64,000 bases of DNA, from NCBI GenBank assembly GCA_020049805.1, contig JAGVLN010000013.1, forward strand, positions 3,286-67,285, given 5' to 3'. Position numbers and translations under genes: made by a program. Positions 1-7,906 of the stretch are shown one piece after another. Position 1 is the stretch's first letter, and every line of letters starts with the position of its first letter. The notes beneath the pieces were generated by a model, which searched no databases, was not told the origin of the DNA, and was given only the letters and a program-made list of their open reading frames with translations. The stretch comes from Rickettsiales bacterium (GTDB taxonomy: Bacteria; Pseudomonadota; Alphaproteobacteria; Rickettsiales; JABSSG01).

Positions 1-1
1 T

Positions 2-256
2 GATGAATTAAAACAACTAGAAAAGAAAATTAAGCATTATAAAGAACAACAATCAGCACCAATTTACACTGCAAGTTCTAATATAAGCGCCTCTAGAGTT
101 TGTATAGAACTAATATCATCAGTAATTGCTGGTATTATTATTGGCGCTTTATTAGATTATTTAATGAAAACTAAATTGATTTTTAAAATTATTTGCTTAT
201 TATTATCTTGCGTTGCAGGTTTTTATTCAATTTATAAACTTTCTAAACAAAAATAA
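2..256 (+). CDS. atpI: ATP synthase protein I (AtpI/AtpZ-like), 3' part only; 5' end lies outside the window
   Basis: Frame is open from the window edge to TAA at 254-256. It ends in two hydrophobic helices (LISSVIAGIIIGALLDYL, IFKIICLLLSCVAGFYSIY). It sits directly upstream of atpB, as in alphaproteobacterial atpI-B-E-F'-F operons. Not in the ORF track because no start lies in the window. Confidence 0.5.
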   Translation, partial: DELKQLEKKIKHYKEQQSAPIYTASSNISASRVCIELISSVIAGIIIGALLDYLMKTKLIFKIICLLLSCVAGFYSIYKLSKQK

Positions 257-259
257 ACT

Positions 260-985
260 ATGGAATCATCACCGTTAGCTCAATTTAAAATTTACGATTT
301 AGTACCATTACATCTTGGCAACTATAATATTAGCTTTACTAATTCTTCATTAGTTATGGCAATTACTTTAACTATTATTGGTAGTTTCTTTATTATTGCC
401 AGCAGGAAAGCTCAGGCAATTCCGACCTCATTACAAGCTAGCGCTGAAATGATTTATAGTTTTATTCTAAAGTTACTAAATGAAAACACCTCCGGCAAAG
501 GAGAACAATATTTTCCTTTTATTTTTAATCTCTTTTTATTTATTCTGGTTTTGAATATATTAGGATTAATCCCTCACGGCTTCGCGGTCACAAGTCAAAT
601 TGCTATTACCTTTGCTTTAGCAATAATAGTATTTATCATGGTAACAGCTGTAGCATTTATTAAGCATGGCTGGCACTTTTTTTCATATTTCTTACCAAGT
701 GGTACCCCATGGTTTCTAGCTCCTCTAATGATTATCATAGAGTTTTTTACTTATTGTACTAGACCAATAAGCCTATCATTAAGGCTTGCCGCTAATATGA
801 TGTCCGGTCATATCTTAATTGCTGTGGTTGCTGGATTCATAATGATGATTGGCCTAGCAGGATTTTTACCAATATCATTTATAGTTGTATTCACTGGTTT
901 TGAACTATTTGTGGCAATTTTGCAGGCATATATTTTTACGATCTTAACCTGTGTTTATCTAAATGATGCAATTCACTTGCATTAA
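260..985 (+). CDS. atpB: F0F1 ATP synthase subunit a
   Basis: 241-aa polytopic membrane protein with the conserved subunit-a segment RPISLSLRLAANMMSGHIL (essential Arg). Followed by the c, b' and b subunit genes. Confidence 0.93.
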   Translation: MESSPLAQFKIYDLVPLHLGNYNISFTNSSLVMAITLTIIGSFFIIASRKAQAIPTSLQASAEMIYSFILKLLNENTSGKGEQYFPFIFNLFLFILVLNILGLIPHGFAVTSQIAITFALAIIVFIMVTAVAFIKHGWHFFSYFLPSGTPWFLAPLMIIIEFFTYCTRPISLSLRLAANMMSGHILIAVVAGFIMMIGLAGFLPISFIVVFTGFELFVAILQAYIFTILTCVYLNDAIHLH

Positions 986-1014
986 TCTAGATAATATTTT
1001 AATTGTATCTTGTG

Positions 1015-1048
1015 CTATGTTTTGATAAAGTAACATAGTTTTTATTTT
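1015..1048 (+). terminator. Hairpin plus T-tract between atpB and atpE (attenuator/terminator-like)
   Basis: ctatgtt (1015-1021) pairs with aacatag (1032-1038) across a 10-nt loop, followed by ttttatttt. The stem is short and AU-rich, so this is weak. Confidence 0.25.
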
Positions 1049-1051
1049 AAT
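1022..1051 (+). promoter_or_regulatory. Candidate sigma70-type internal promoter for atpE-atpF'-atpF
   Basis: TTGATA (1022-1027), 18-nt spacer, TTTAAT (1046-1051). TAGGAG RBS at 1061-1066 and ATG at 1073. Pattern match only. Confidence 0.3.
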
Positions 1052-1072
1052 AAATTTAATTAGGAGTAAATA

Positions 1073-1297
1073 ATGGACGCAGCGTCATTTAAGTATATAG
1101 CTATAGGTTTAATGTCTCTTGGTATGTTTGGTGCAGCTATAGCTGTAGCTAACATCTTCGCTTCTTTAATTAATTCGATTGCCCGCAATCCATCTGCTGA
1201 AAACAAAATGTCACGTTATGCTTTCATTGGTGCAGGTATGGCAGAAGCAATGGGTATTTTTGCCCTTGGTATTGCGATGATCTTACTATTCTTGTAA
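1073..1297 (+). CDS. atpE: F0F1 ATP synthase subunit c
   Basis: 74-aa two-helix hairpin with a polar loop (ARNPSAENK) and a carboxylate in helix 2 ([14 protein letters not shown]). Strong RBS aggag upstream. Confidence 0.93.
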   Translation: MDAASFKYIAIGLMSLGMFGAAIAVANIFASLINSIARNPSAENKMSRYAFIGAGMAEAMGIFALGIAMILLFL

Positions 1298-1300
1298 GAT

Positions 1301-1774
1301 ATGGCTTTATTTAACCCAGAAGCATTTGCATCACAAATTTTTTGGTTAGCAATAATTTTTGCTCTACAATATCTTTTGTTAGCAAAATTAATTATACCCA
1401 AATTTAAAAATATATTTGATGATCGCACTAACTATATAAATAAAGAAATAGCTACAGCTCAAGAATTAGTTGATAAGGCAAGTAATTTAAAACAAGATTA
1501 TGAAGCCAAGCTTGCTGAAGCACAAAATATAAGCGCAACCAAAATGAATGCTGCGCTTGAAGAAATAAAACAAGCCTCCGCTAAACAACTTGCTAAATTA
1601 GAAGAAAGCTTAGCTAAAGATACCCTTAAACAAGAATTAAGGTTACAAAAATTGGCATCTTCAATGAAAGACCAGTTAGAGGAAATATCTCTTTCAAGCG
1701 CAGTAATTATGATTGAAAAAATAACTAATGATAGAATTAGCGCAAAGGATTTAAAAAAATATTTAGCACAGTAG
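1301..1774 (+). CDS. atpF2: F0F1 ATP synthase subunit b'
   Basis: 157 aa with a single N-terminal TM helix and a long charged Ala/Lys/Glu coiled coil. It is the first of two b-type genes after atpE, the alphaproteobacterial order. Confidence 0.8.
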   Translation: MALFNPEAFASQIFWLAIIFALQYLLLAKLIIPKFKNIFDDRTNYINKEIATAQELVDKASNLKQDYEAKLAEAQNISATKMNAALEEIKQASAKQLAKLEESLAKDTLKQELRLQKLASSMKDQLEEISLSSAVIMIEKITNDRISAKDLKKYLAQ

Positions 1775-1780
1775 GACAAA

Positions 1781-2266
1781 ATGTTTAGTACAAGTTCTTG
1801 GGAAATAATCAGTTTTTTAATTTTTGTAGTTTTAGCATATAAACCTATAAAAAACCAAATCATTACTTCGCTAAAAAATTATTCCCAAACAATTAAAGAT
1901 AAGCTAGCTGAATCTACTGCTCTTCGTCAAGAAGCAGAAAAACATATCGAATTTTATCAAAAAGAGCATAAAAGACTATCTGAAAAATCTAAAACTATTT
2001 TAGAGAATACTGAAGAAAATATTAAATTATTGATCACAAATTCTCAAACTAAACTTGATGAACAAATTGCTACTAAAAAACGTATGCATAAAGAAAAAAT
2101 TATGATTCATGAAAAAGAACAAATTGCTAATTTGAAACTTCGTGCTGTTAATCAAGCTTTAGCTATACTTAAGGCATATTTGAAAGATCATTGCAATGCA
2201 ACGCTTACATCTGATAAAATCAAGACTACACTACAATTAATTAATCATGATCAAATTATACATTAA
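1781..2266 (+). CDS. atpF: F0F1 ATP synthase subunit b
   Basis: 161 aa with an N-terminal TM helix (WEIISFLIFVVLAY) and a charged coiled coil. Second b-type gene of the F0 operon. Confidence 0.8.
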   Translation: MFSTSSWEIISFLIFVVLAYKPIKNQIITSLKNYSQTIKDKLAESTALRQEAEKHIEFYQKEHKRLSEKSKTILENTEENIKLLITNSQTKLDEQIATKKRMHKEKIMIHEKEQIANLKLRAVNQALAILKAYLKDHCNATLTSDKIKTTLQLINHDQIIH

Positions 2267-2270
2267 TTAA

Positions 2271-2897
2271 ATGCAGCAGAAAGCTCTTTTTATTTCTTTT
2301 GAAGGGTGCGAAGGAAGTGGCAAATCAACTCAAAGTCATGCATTATTTAACTGGCTTATTTCACAAAATTTAAAAACCATTTTAACTCGTGAACCTGGTG
2401 GCACTGAATCAGCTGAAGCGATACGTAATATATTACTCAACAAACATATTAAATTAAATTCAGTGAGCCAATTACTATTACATATGACGGCCAGAAACGA
2501 ACATATTCATGATATTATTAAACCAAAATTAGAAGAGAATTATATTGTTATTTGTGACCGTTATATTGATTCCACCAGAGTTTATCAAGGTTATGGTAGC
2601 GGAATACCATTAAAGCTTATAAATAAATTACACGAAGAGGTTTTAAATAACCTAGAGCCAGATATAACTTTTGTACTTGATGTCCCCCTTGAACTATCTT
2701 TAAGAAGGATAAACAAGAAAAAAAACATCGACGATCGTTATGAAAATTCTGATCAAATTTTTCATGAAAAAGTAGCAGAAGGTTTTCGTACTATAGCTAA
2801 AGAAAACCCAAACCGTTGTATGCTAATAGACGCCTCCAAGCCATTACAAGATACAGAACTTCTTATTCGTGAGAAAATTATTTACTTATTAACTTAA
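2271..2897 (+). CDS. tmk: Thymidylate kinase
   Basis: P-loop FISFEGCEGSGKSTQ, TREPGGT and the DRY-type motif CDRYIDS. 208 aa. Confidence 0.92.
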   Translation: MQQKALFISFEGCEGSGKSTQSHALFNWLISQNLKTILTREPGGTESAEAIRNILLNKHIKLNSVSQLLLHMTARNEHIHDIIKPKLEENYIVICDRYIDSTRVYQGYGSGIPLKLINKLHEEVLNNLEPDITFVLDVPLELSLRRINKKKNIDDRYENSDQIFHEKVAEGFRTIAKENPNRCMLIDASKPLQDTELLIREKIIYLLT

Positions 2898-2903
2898 AAA
2901 TAA

Positions 2904-3626
2904 TTAACACCAGTACTTACTAATCCATGAAGTTGGGCGCACATGCTTGCGCCAAGATCCTGGCCATTTTCCTACTGCTGCATCAGAAGGTTTAGGATTG
3001 CCATGAAAAACAATTATTTTAGCATTTTGTGGAATTTTCGGTGTTAAAAACCAGTTTAAAATTCCTCCAGGTAAACAATGAACTTTGAAGCTCTTACACC
3101 ACTCTTTTGGCCAAAATTTTATTGGTTTAATATTTCTGGAAAGAAAGATTTGTTCATTATCATGGTTTTTAAGCACTTCTTCAGTGTTATCATTATATTT
3201 CTGCAATACATCCGTATATTTACCAATAGTAAACAAATAAACAGAAGAGTTACCTATACCTTTACCTAATTGGGTCCAATTTTCGATAATACAAAAATCA
3301 TCTTGAGAATAAGAAAAAAAACAGTCGATATTATCAATAATTACTATATCTAAATCTAAAAATAATGCCCTACCTTTTAAATTTCCTAGTTCTTTAGAAA
3401 ACATTGTTAATTTGCGCCATGGAGAAACATCATTTTTTGGCGGAACATAGATCGTTAGTAAAGGAAAACACTCAACTTCCTGAACTATACCCTTTTTATC
3501 GTCAGTAAAACAAGCGAAACGAAATGGGAGAGTTAAATTTCTTTTCACCATAGAATATAATTTATTTACATCTTCGGCTGTATACCTTGTGCCCCATTTC
3601 ATACAAACAACATTTATCACTGGCAC
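2904..3626 (-). CDS. Putative GT-A fold glycosyltransferase-like protein (DxD motif), function unknown
   Basis: 240 aa, soluble. N-terminal VINVVCMKWGTRYTAEDVNKL resembles a nucleotide-sugar-binding beta-strand/loop. FLDLDIVIIDNID supplies a DxD motif. I cannot name the family without a search. Confidence 0.4.
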   Translation of the reverse strand: MPVINVVCMKWGTRYTAEDVNKLYSMVKRNLTLPFRFACFTDDKKGIVQEVECFPLLTIYVPPKNDVSPWRKLTMFSKELGNLKGRALFLDLDIVIIDNIDCFFSYSQDDFCIIENWTQLGKGIGNSSVYLFTIGKYTDVLQKYNDNTEEVLKNHDNEQIFLSRNIKPIKFWPKEWCKSFKVHCLPGGILNWFLTPKIPQNAKIIVFHGNPKPSDAAVGKWPGSWRKHVRPTSWISKYWC

Positions 3627-3657
3627 ATCTCCTCTATTTTCTTTTTATCTCTTTCAC

Positions 3658-3686
3658 TTGAAATATGTTTTAGTATATACTATATT
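3658..3686 (+). promoter_or_regulatory. Candidate sigma70-type promoter for the BI-1 family gene
   Basis: TTGAAA (3658-3663), 17-nt spacer, TATATT (3681-3686). GAGGT RBS at 3714-3718 and ATG at 3725. Confidence 0.35.
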
Positions 3687-3724
3687 TATTGTTAATAAAC
3701 CATTAGAAAGATTGAGGTTATATC

Positions 3725-4465
3725 ATGATGGATTTCACTAAACAAACAGCCTTTAATGCTAAAACTGTTTCCTATGATCAAGGATTAAGACAATTCATGA
3801 TCAAAGTTTTTAACTATATGACAATAGCATTAGCAGTAACTGGCTTTGTATCTTATTTAACTATTTCAGTACCAGCTTTATTACAATTATTTTTTGTAGT
3901 TGACCCAAGTGGAGCAGTAACTGGAATGTCAGGCCTAGGATATATTATTATGTTCGCCCCTTTAGTCTTTGTATTTGCCTTTAGTATGGGATTAGGCAGA
4001 ATGAGCATCGAAGCAGCTCAAACTATGTTTTGGGCATTCTCTGTATTAATGGGCTTATCTTTAGCACCTATATTTTTAGCTTATACTGGTGAAAGTGTAG
4101 CTAGGGTGTTTTTCATTACAGCTTCAGTATTTGCTGCTATGAGTATTTACGGCTATACTACAAAAAGAAACTTAACTAACTTTGGTTCGTTCTTATTTAT
4201 GGGATTAATAGGAATAATAATTGCTTCATTAGTTAATTTATTCTTACATAGCCCAGCAATTTACTTTGTTACTTCCGTGATTTCTGTGCTAATCTTTACC
4301 GGCCTCACCGCATATGATGTGCAAAGAATGGTAATGATTTATGAATCTTACCCAAATGGTGATGTAAAGGATAAAGCAGCTATAATGGGAGCATTATCTC
4401 TGTATATGGATTTCATTAATATGTTCCTTTCATTGCTACGCCTATTCGGAGACAGAAGAAACTAA
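3725..4465 (+). CDS. Bax inhibitor-1/YccA family inner membrane protein
   Basis: 246 aa with about 7 TM helices. Family-typical N-terminus (YDQGLRQFMIKVFNYM) and C-terminus (GALSLYMDFINMFLSLLRLFG). Confidence 0.85.
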   Translation: MMDFTKQTAFNAKTVSYDQGLRQFMIKVFNYMTIALAVTGFVSYLTISVPALLQLFFVVDPSGAVTGMSGLGYIIMFAPLVFVFAFSMGLGRMSIEAAQTMFWAFSVLMGLSLAPIFLAYTGESVARVFFITASVFAAMSIYGYTTKRNLTNFGSFLFMGLIGIIIASLVNLFLHSPAIYFVTSVISVLIFTGLTAYDVQRMVMIYESYPNGDVKDKAAIMGALSLYMDFINMFLSLLRLFGDRRN

Positions 4466-4483
4466 AAATCTAAAATAATAAAA

Positions 4484-4520
4484 AATGAAATGATACTCTT
4501 CAATAGGGTGTCATTTCATT
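4484..4520 (+). terminator. Strong hairpin downstream of the BI-1 gene (terminator-like)
   Basis: aatgaaatga (4484-4493) pairs perfectly with tcatttcatt (4511-4520), and 3 more inner pairs are possible. The following tract (aattag) is only weakly U-rich. Confidence 0.35.
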
Positions 4521-4544
4521 AATTAGAGGTTAAATAGGTGATAT

Positions 4545-5369
4545 ATGAGGAGAGAAATTGTTATTATTTTTATAATAAGTACAATTTTTAGCTTTATAGC
4601 TTCAGCTGAAGACTTTTTATTCGAAACAAGAGTGGTTCACCCACTATGTATTGCTAAATTAGTACCATCTCTAGCAGAATCAGAAGTAGATTATGTTGAT
4701 ACCGTGGATCTAGATCAATGCATGGCAAGCGAATTGCCAGTGCAAAGCATGGCTACTCCTAACGGTAATGAATATACTATTAATTATAAAAATGGTACTT
4801 TCCAATATGTTTTTTTAGGTACTGTTGATCATTACAATGCGTTTAGTATTGTGAGCTATTCACCTACTACAGGCATTTCCAAAAATATATTAATTGCTAA
4901 TATTAAGGAAGAAAAAATTGTAAAAAACCAATATCCTGTAGGTATAAGAAGGTTGCTGGTTTTGTATGATCTTATTACCAGTGGCAATAAATGCAATGGA
5001 TCAATTACAGCAGAAAAAATACAAAATAACCAATTAGTAATTAAACAACAAGTAAATCCAGCCTTATTCTTAAGCCTCGCCACAGGCCAAGAAGATATTA
5101 GAGGATTAGAAAAATTTGATACTTCAGAAGAAGGGTGCTTAGGTATAGTAACGCAAATGTATAATTTGCCTAATAAGTCTTTTAATATTGAAGCTAGTTA
5201 TATCAATTTTAATGACTATAACATGCTTAAAGATATCAAGATTGAAACTCCTCAGCAAAAATGCTTTAATAAAGAGGCACATAATATTGTTGGTGACCTG
5301 GATAAAAATCAAACCCAGGTTTTAGCACATAAAATTATTGCCACATGCCTTGACCAAGACATTAATTAA
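4545..5369 (+). CDS. Hypothetical exported protein (signal-peptide-like N-terminus), no recognisable family
   Basis: 274 aa. N-terminus MRREIVIIFIISTIFSFIASA/ED looks like a Sec signal with an ASA cleavage motif. The rest is hydrophilic with several Cys. AGGTGA RBS lies a few nt upstream. Codon third positions match neighbouring genes. Confidence 0.55.
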   Translation: MRREIVIIFIISTIFSFIASAEDFLFETRVVHPLCIAKLVPSLAESEVDYVDTVDLDQCMASELPVQSMATPNGNEYTINYKNGTFQYVFLGTVDHYNAFSIVSYSPTTGISKNILIANIKEEKIVKNQYPVGIRRLLVLYDLITSGNKCNGSITAEKIQNNQLVIKQQVNPALFLSLATGQEDIRGLEKFDTSEEGCLGIVTQMYNLPNKSFNIEASYINFNDYNMLKDIKIETPQQKCFNKEAHNIVGDLDKNQTQVLAHKIIATCLDQDIN

Positions 5370-5372
5370 AAA

Positions 5373-5936
5373 TTATTCGGATTTACTTACTATAACCATC
5401 GCTGGTTTTAATAAACGCTCATTTAGCACATACCCTGCTTGCACTACATGAATTATAGTATCACTAGGATAATCAAGGCTTGCTTGTTGAGAAAGAGCCT
5501 GATGAAAATTATGATCAAACTTATCTCCGATTTTTGGTAGGATCCTTTTTACCCCATTTTTTTCAAGAATGTTTAAAAATTCTTTCCGAGTAATTTCTAT
5601 ACCTTCTGAAATTTTCTTAATTACTTCATTCTGCAAAGATTCTTCGCTTAAATGTTCAGTAGAACGATATAAATTTTCAAGTACATTGATTAAACTTTCT
5701 GTTAATTTTGAAATGGAATATTTCTGATATTCTGCCATCTCTTTTGCAGCTCGTTTACGGACATTTTCAGTCTCAGCTAATCCTCTAAGCACTTGATTCT
5801 TTAGTTCTTTGACTTGCTCTTCTAATGCTAAAATTGTTTCTTGAGAATTATCTACTTCAGCAACAGATTGCGGTTGTTGAGCCTCAACTTCTTCTGTTGA
5901 GTTTTCTGCTTTATCTTTAGAATTTTCTGTATTCAT
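5373..5936 (-). CDS. grpE: Nucleotide exchange factor GrpE
   Basis: Acidic N-terminus, coiled coil (LEEQVKELKNQVLRGLAETENVRKR) and C-terminal beta domain (FDHNFHQAL...VVQAGYVLNERLLKPAMVIV). The track ORF begins at a TTG (5942); the ATG at 5936 is the more likely start. Confidence 0.9.
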   Translation of the reverse strand: MNTENSKDKAENSTEEVEAQQPQSVAEVDNSQETILALEEQVKELKNQVLRGLAETENVRKRAAKEMAEYQKYSISKLTESLINVLENLYRSTEHLSEESLQNEVIKKISEGIEITRKEFLNILEKNGVKRILPKIGDKFDHNFHQALSQQASLDYPSDTIIHVVQAGYVLNERLLKPAMVIVSKSE

Positions 5937-5983
5937 AACCAAACTTATAATTTAAACTAGTGATTTTATTTAAATAATATATA

Positions 5984-6013
5984 TATTTAGGTATGATTTC
6001 TATCATTTTCAAG
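5984..6013 (-). promoter_or_regulatory. Candidate RpoH (sigma32)-type heat-shock promoter for grpE
   Basis: Minus strand reads CTTGAAAA (6013 downward), then CCTAAATA (5991-5984), with 18 nt between CTTG and CC. Compare the alphaproteobacterial consensus CTTG-N17-18-CYTATNT and E. coli CTTGAAA..CCCCATNT. Confidence 0.4.
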
Positions 6014-6039
6014 TGTTTTATTTATAGGAGAAAAAGTTT

Positions 6040-6756
6040 GTGAGAAATTCCGGACGTCAAAATAATGAATTACGTACAATCTCAATTGATATAGGAGTCA
6101 ATGCATACGCTGAAGGATCTTGCTTTATAAAATTTGGTAATACGCAAGTATTATGTACTGCTTCAATTGATGAAACAGTTCCACCCTTTTTAAGAGGACG
6201 AGGTAAAGGATGGATTACAGCAGAATATGGTATGTTACCGCGCTCTACACATAATCGCTCCAAAAGAGAAGCAAGTAATGGCAAACAAAGTGGTAGAACT
6301 CATGAAATTCAACGATTGATAGGACGATCTCTAAGGGCAGCAATTGATCTAGAGAGCGTCGGTGAAAGACAAATCTTGATCGATTGCGATGTAATTCAGG
6401 CAGATGGAGGCACTAGAACCGCAGCTATTACTGGAGGTTATGTCGCATTATATTTGGCAATTAAAAAATTAGTACATAATGGCTTAATTTATAAAAACCC
6501 TATAATTAACCAAGTAGCTGCTGTATCATGCGGCATTGTAGATGGATTTCCAATATTAGATTTAGATTATAATGAAGATAGTAATGCAGAAATTGATGCT
6601 AATTTCGTTATGGATTCTGCTGGTGGGTTAATAGAGGTACAAGCTTCTGCTGAGCAAAATACTTTTAGCGTTATGCAATTTAATGAAATGATTAAACTTG
6701 CCCAACAAGGTACTGAAATTTTATTTAATATTCAAAAAAAAGCTCTAAGAATTTAA
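6040..6756 (+). CDS. rph: Ribonuclease PH
   Basis: GTG start 9 nt after AGGAG. Motifs [23 protein letters not shown] and [18 protein letters not shown]. 238 aa. Confidence 0.93.
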   Translation: MRNSGRQNNELRTISIDIGVNAYAEGSCFIKFGNTQVLCTASIDETVPPFLRGRGKGWITAEYGMLPRSTHNRSKREASNGKQSGRTHEIQRLIGRSLRAAIDLESVGERQILIDCDVIQADGGTRTAAITGGYVALYLAIKKLVHNGLIYKNPIINQVAAVSCGIVDGFPILDLDYNEDSNAEIDANFVMDSAGGLIEVQASAEQNTFSVMQFNEMIKLAQQGTEILFNIQKKALRI

Positions 6757-7905
6757 GTGAATAATTTAGCAATATATATCCATTGGCCTTTTTGTAAATC
6801 CAAATGTCCATATTGCGATTTTAACAGCCATGTTCAAACAATAATTGATAATAACGCTTGGGTGAATGCGTATTTAAAGCAAATAGAAAGCTTTAGAAAT
6901 ATAATTAAAAATAAAACTATTACTTCTATATTTTTTGGTGGAGGCACACCATCTCTAATGCCACCAATAATGGTAAATAAAATAATTGATAAATTATCCT
7001 CATTATCTACATTTGCTCCTGATATAGAAATAACTTTAGAAGCCAACCCCACTTCGATTGAAAGTAAAAAATTTATTGAATTTAAAACAGCAGGTATTAA
7101 TCGTGTTTCTATCGGTATTCAATCCTTTAATGAAAACGATTTAAAGTTCTTAGGACGTGAACACTCAAAACAAGAAGCAATTTCAGCGCTTGAAGTAGCA
7201 AATTCAGTATTTGATAATTATTCCTTTGATTTAATATACGCTCGACCAAATCAAACAATCAAGATGTGGGAGCAAGAATTGCAACAAGCACTGCTCTATG
7301 CCAAAAATCATCTTTCTTTGTATCAACTCACTATCGAAAAGGGCACGCCCTTTTATACCCAATATAAAAATAATAAATTCGCTATACCTAAGCAAGGGCA
7401 AGCAGCAGATCTATACTTATTCACAGAACAATTTATGTCTTTACAAGGATTATTACCATATGAAATATCTAATTATGCACGCCCAGGTTTTGAGTCTCAG
7501 CATAATTTAGCATATTGGCGTTATAATGAATATTTAGGTATAGGCCCGGGAGCGCATAGCAGAATACTAATAGAAAATAATTTACAAGCTATTGTAATGT
7601 ACCATACACCTCAAAAATGGTTAGATAATGTTGTAGGTAATCAATCCACTATCCAACAAAAAAATATCTTAGATAAAAAAGATATACTTTTGGAATATTT
7701 AATTATGGGCCTAAGAATTAACGAAGGCATCCAGTTAGACAGGCTAGAAAAGCTATTAAAACAACCAGCTAGTCAATTATTAAATATAGAAAATATTAAA
7801 AACCTATGTGCTCAAGGCTATATTATACATAATCAAAATAATCTTGCGGTTACCTCTAAAGGAAGATTATTATTAAACCACATTATTGAACAAATGATTA
7901 ACTAA
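6757..7905 (+). CDS. hemW: Radical SAM heme chaperone HemW (HemN-like, oxygen-independent coproporphyrinogen oxidase family)
   Basis: YIHWPFCKSKCPYCDF (CxxxCxxC), FFGGGTPS, and the C-terminal HemN_C-like region. GTG start immediately after the rph stop. Confidence 0.88.
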   Translation: MNNLAIYIHWPFCKSKCPYCDFNSHVQTIIDNNAWVNAYLKQIESFRNIIKNKTITSIFFGGGTPSLMPPIMVNKIIDKLSSLSTFAPDIEITLEANPTSIESKKFIEFKTAGINRVSIGIQSFNENDLKFLGREHSKQEAISALEVANSVFDNYSFDLIYARPNQTIKMWEQELQQALLYAKNHLSLYQLTIEKGTPFYTQYKNNKFAIPKQGQAADLYLFTEQFMSLQGLLPYEISNYARPGFESQHNLAYWRYNEYLGIGPGAHSRILIENNLQAIVMYHTPQKWLDNVVGNQSTIQQKNILDKKDILLEYLIMGLRINEGIQLDRLEKLLKQPASQLLNIENIKNLCAQGYIIHNQNNLAVTSKGRLLLNHIIEQMIN

Positions 7906-7906
7906 G

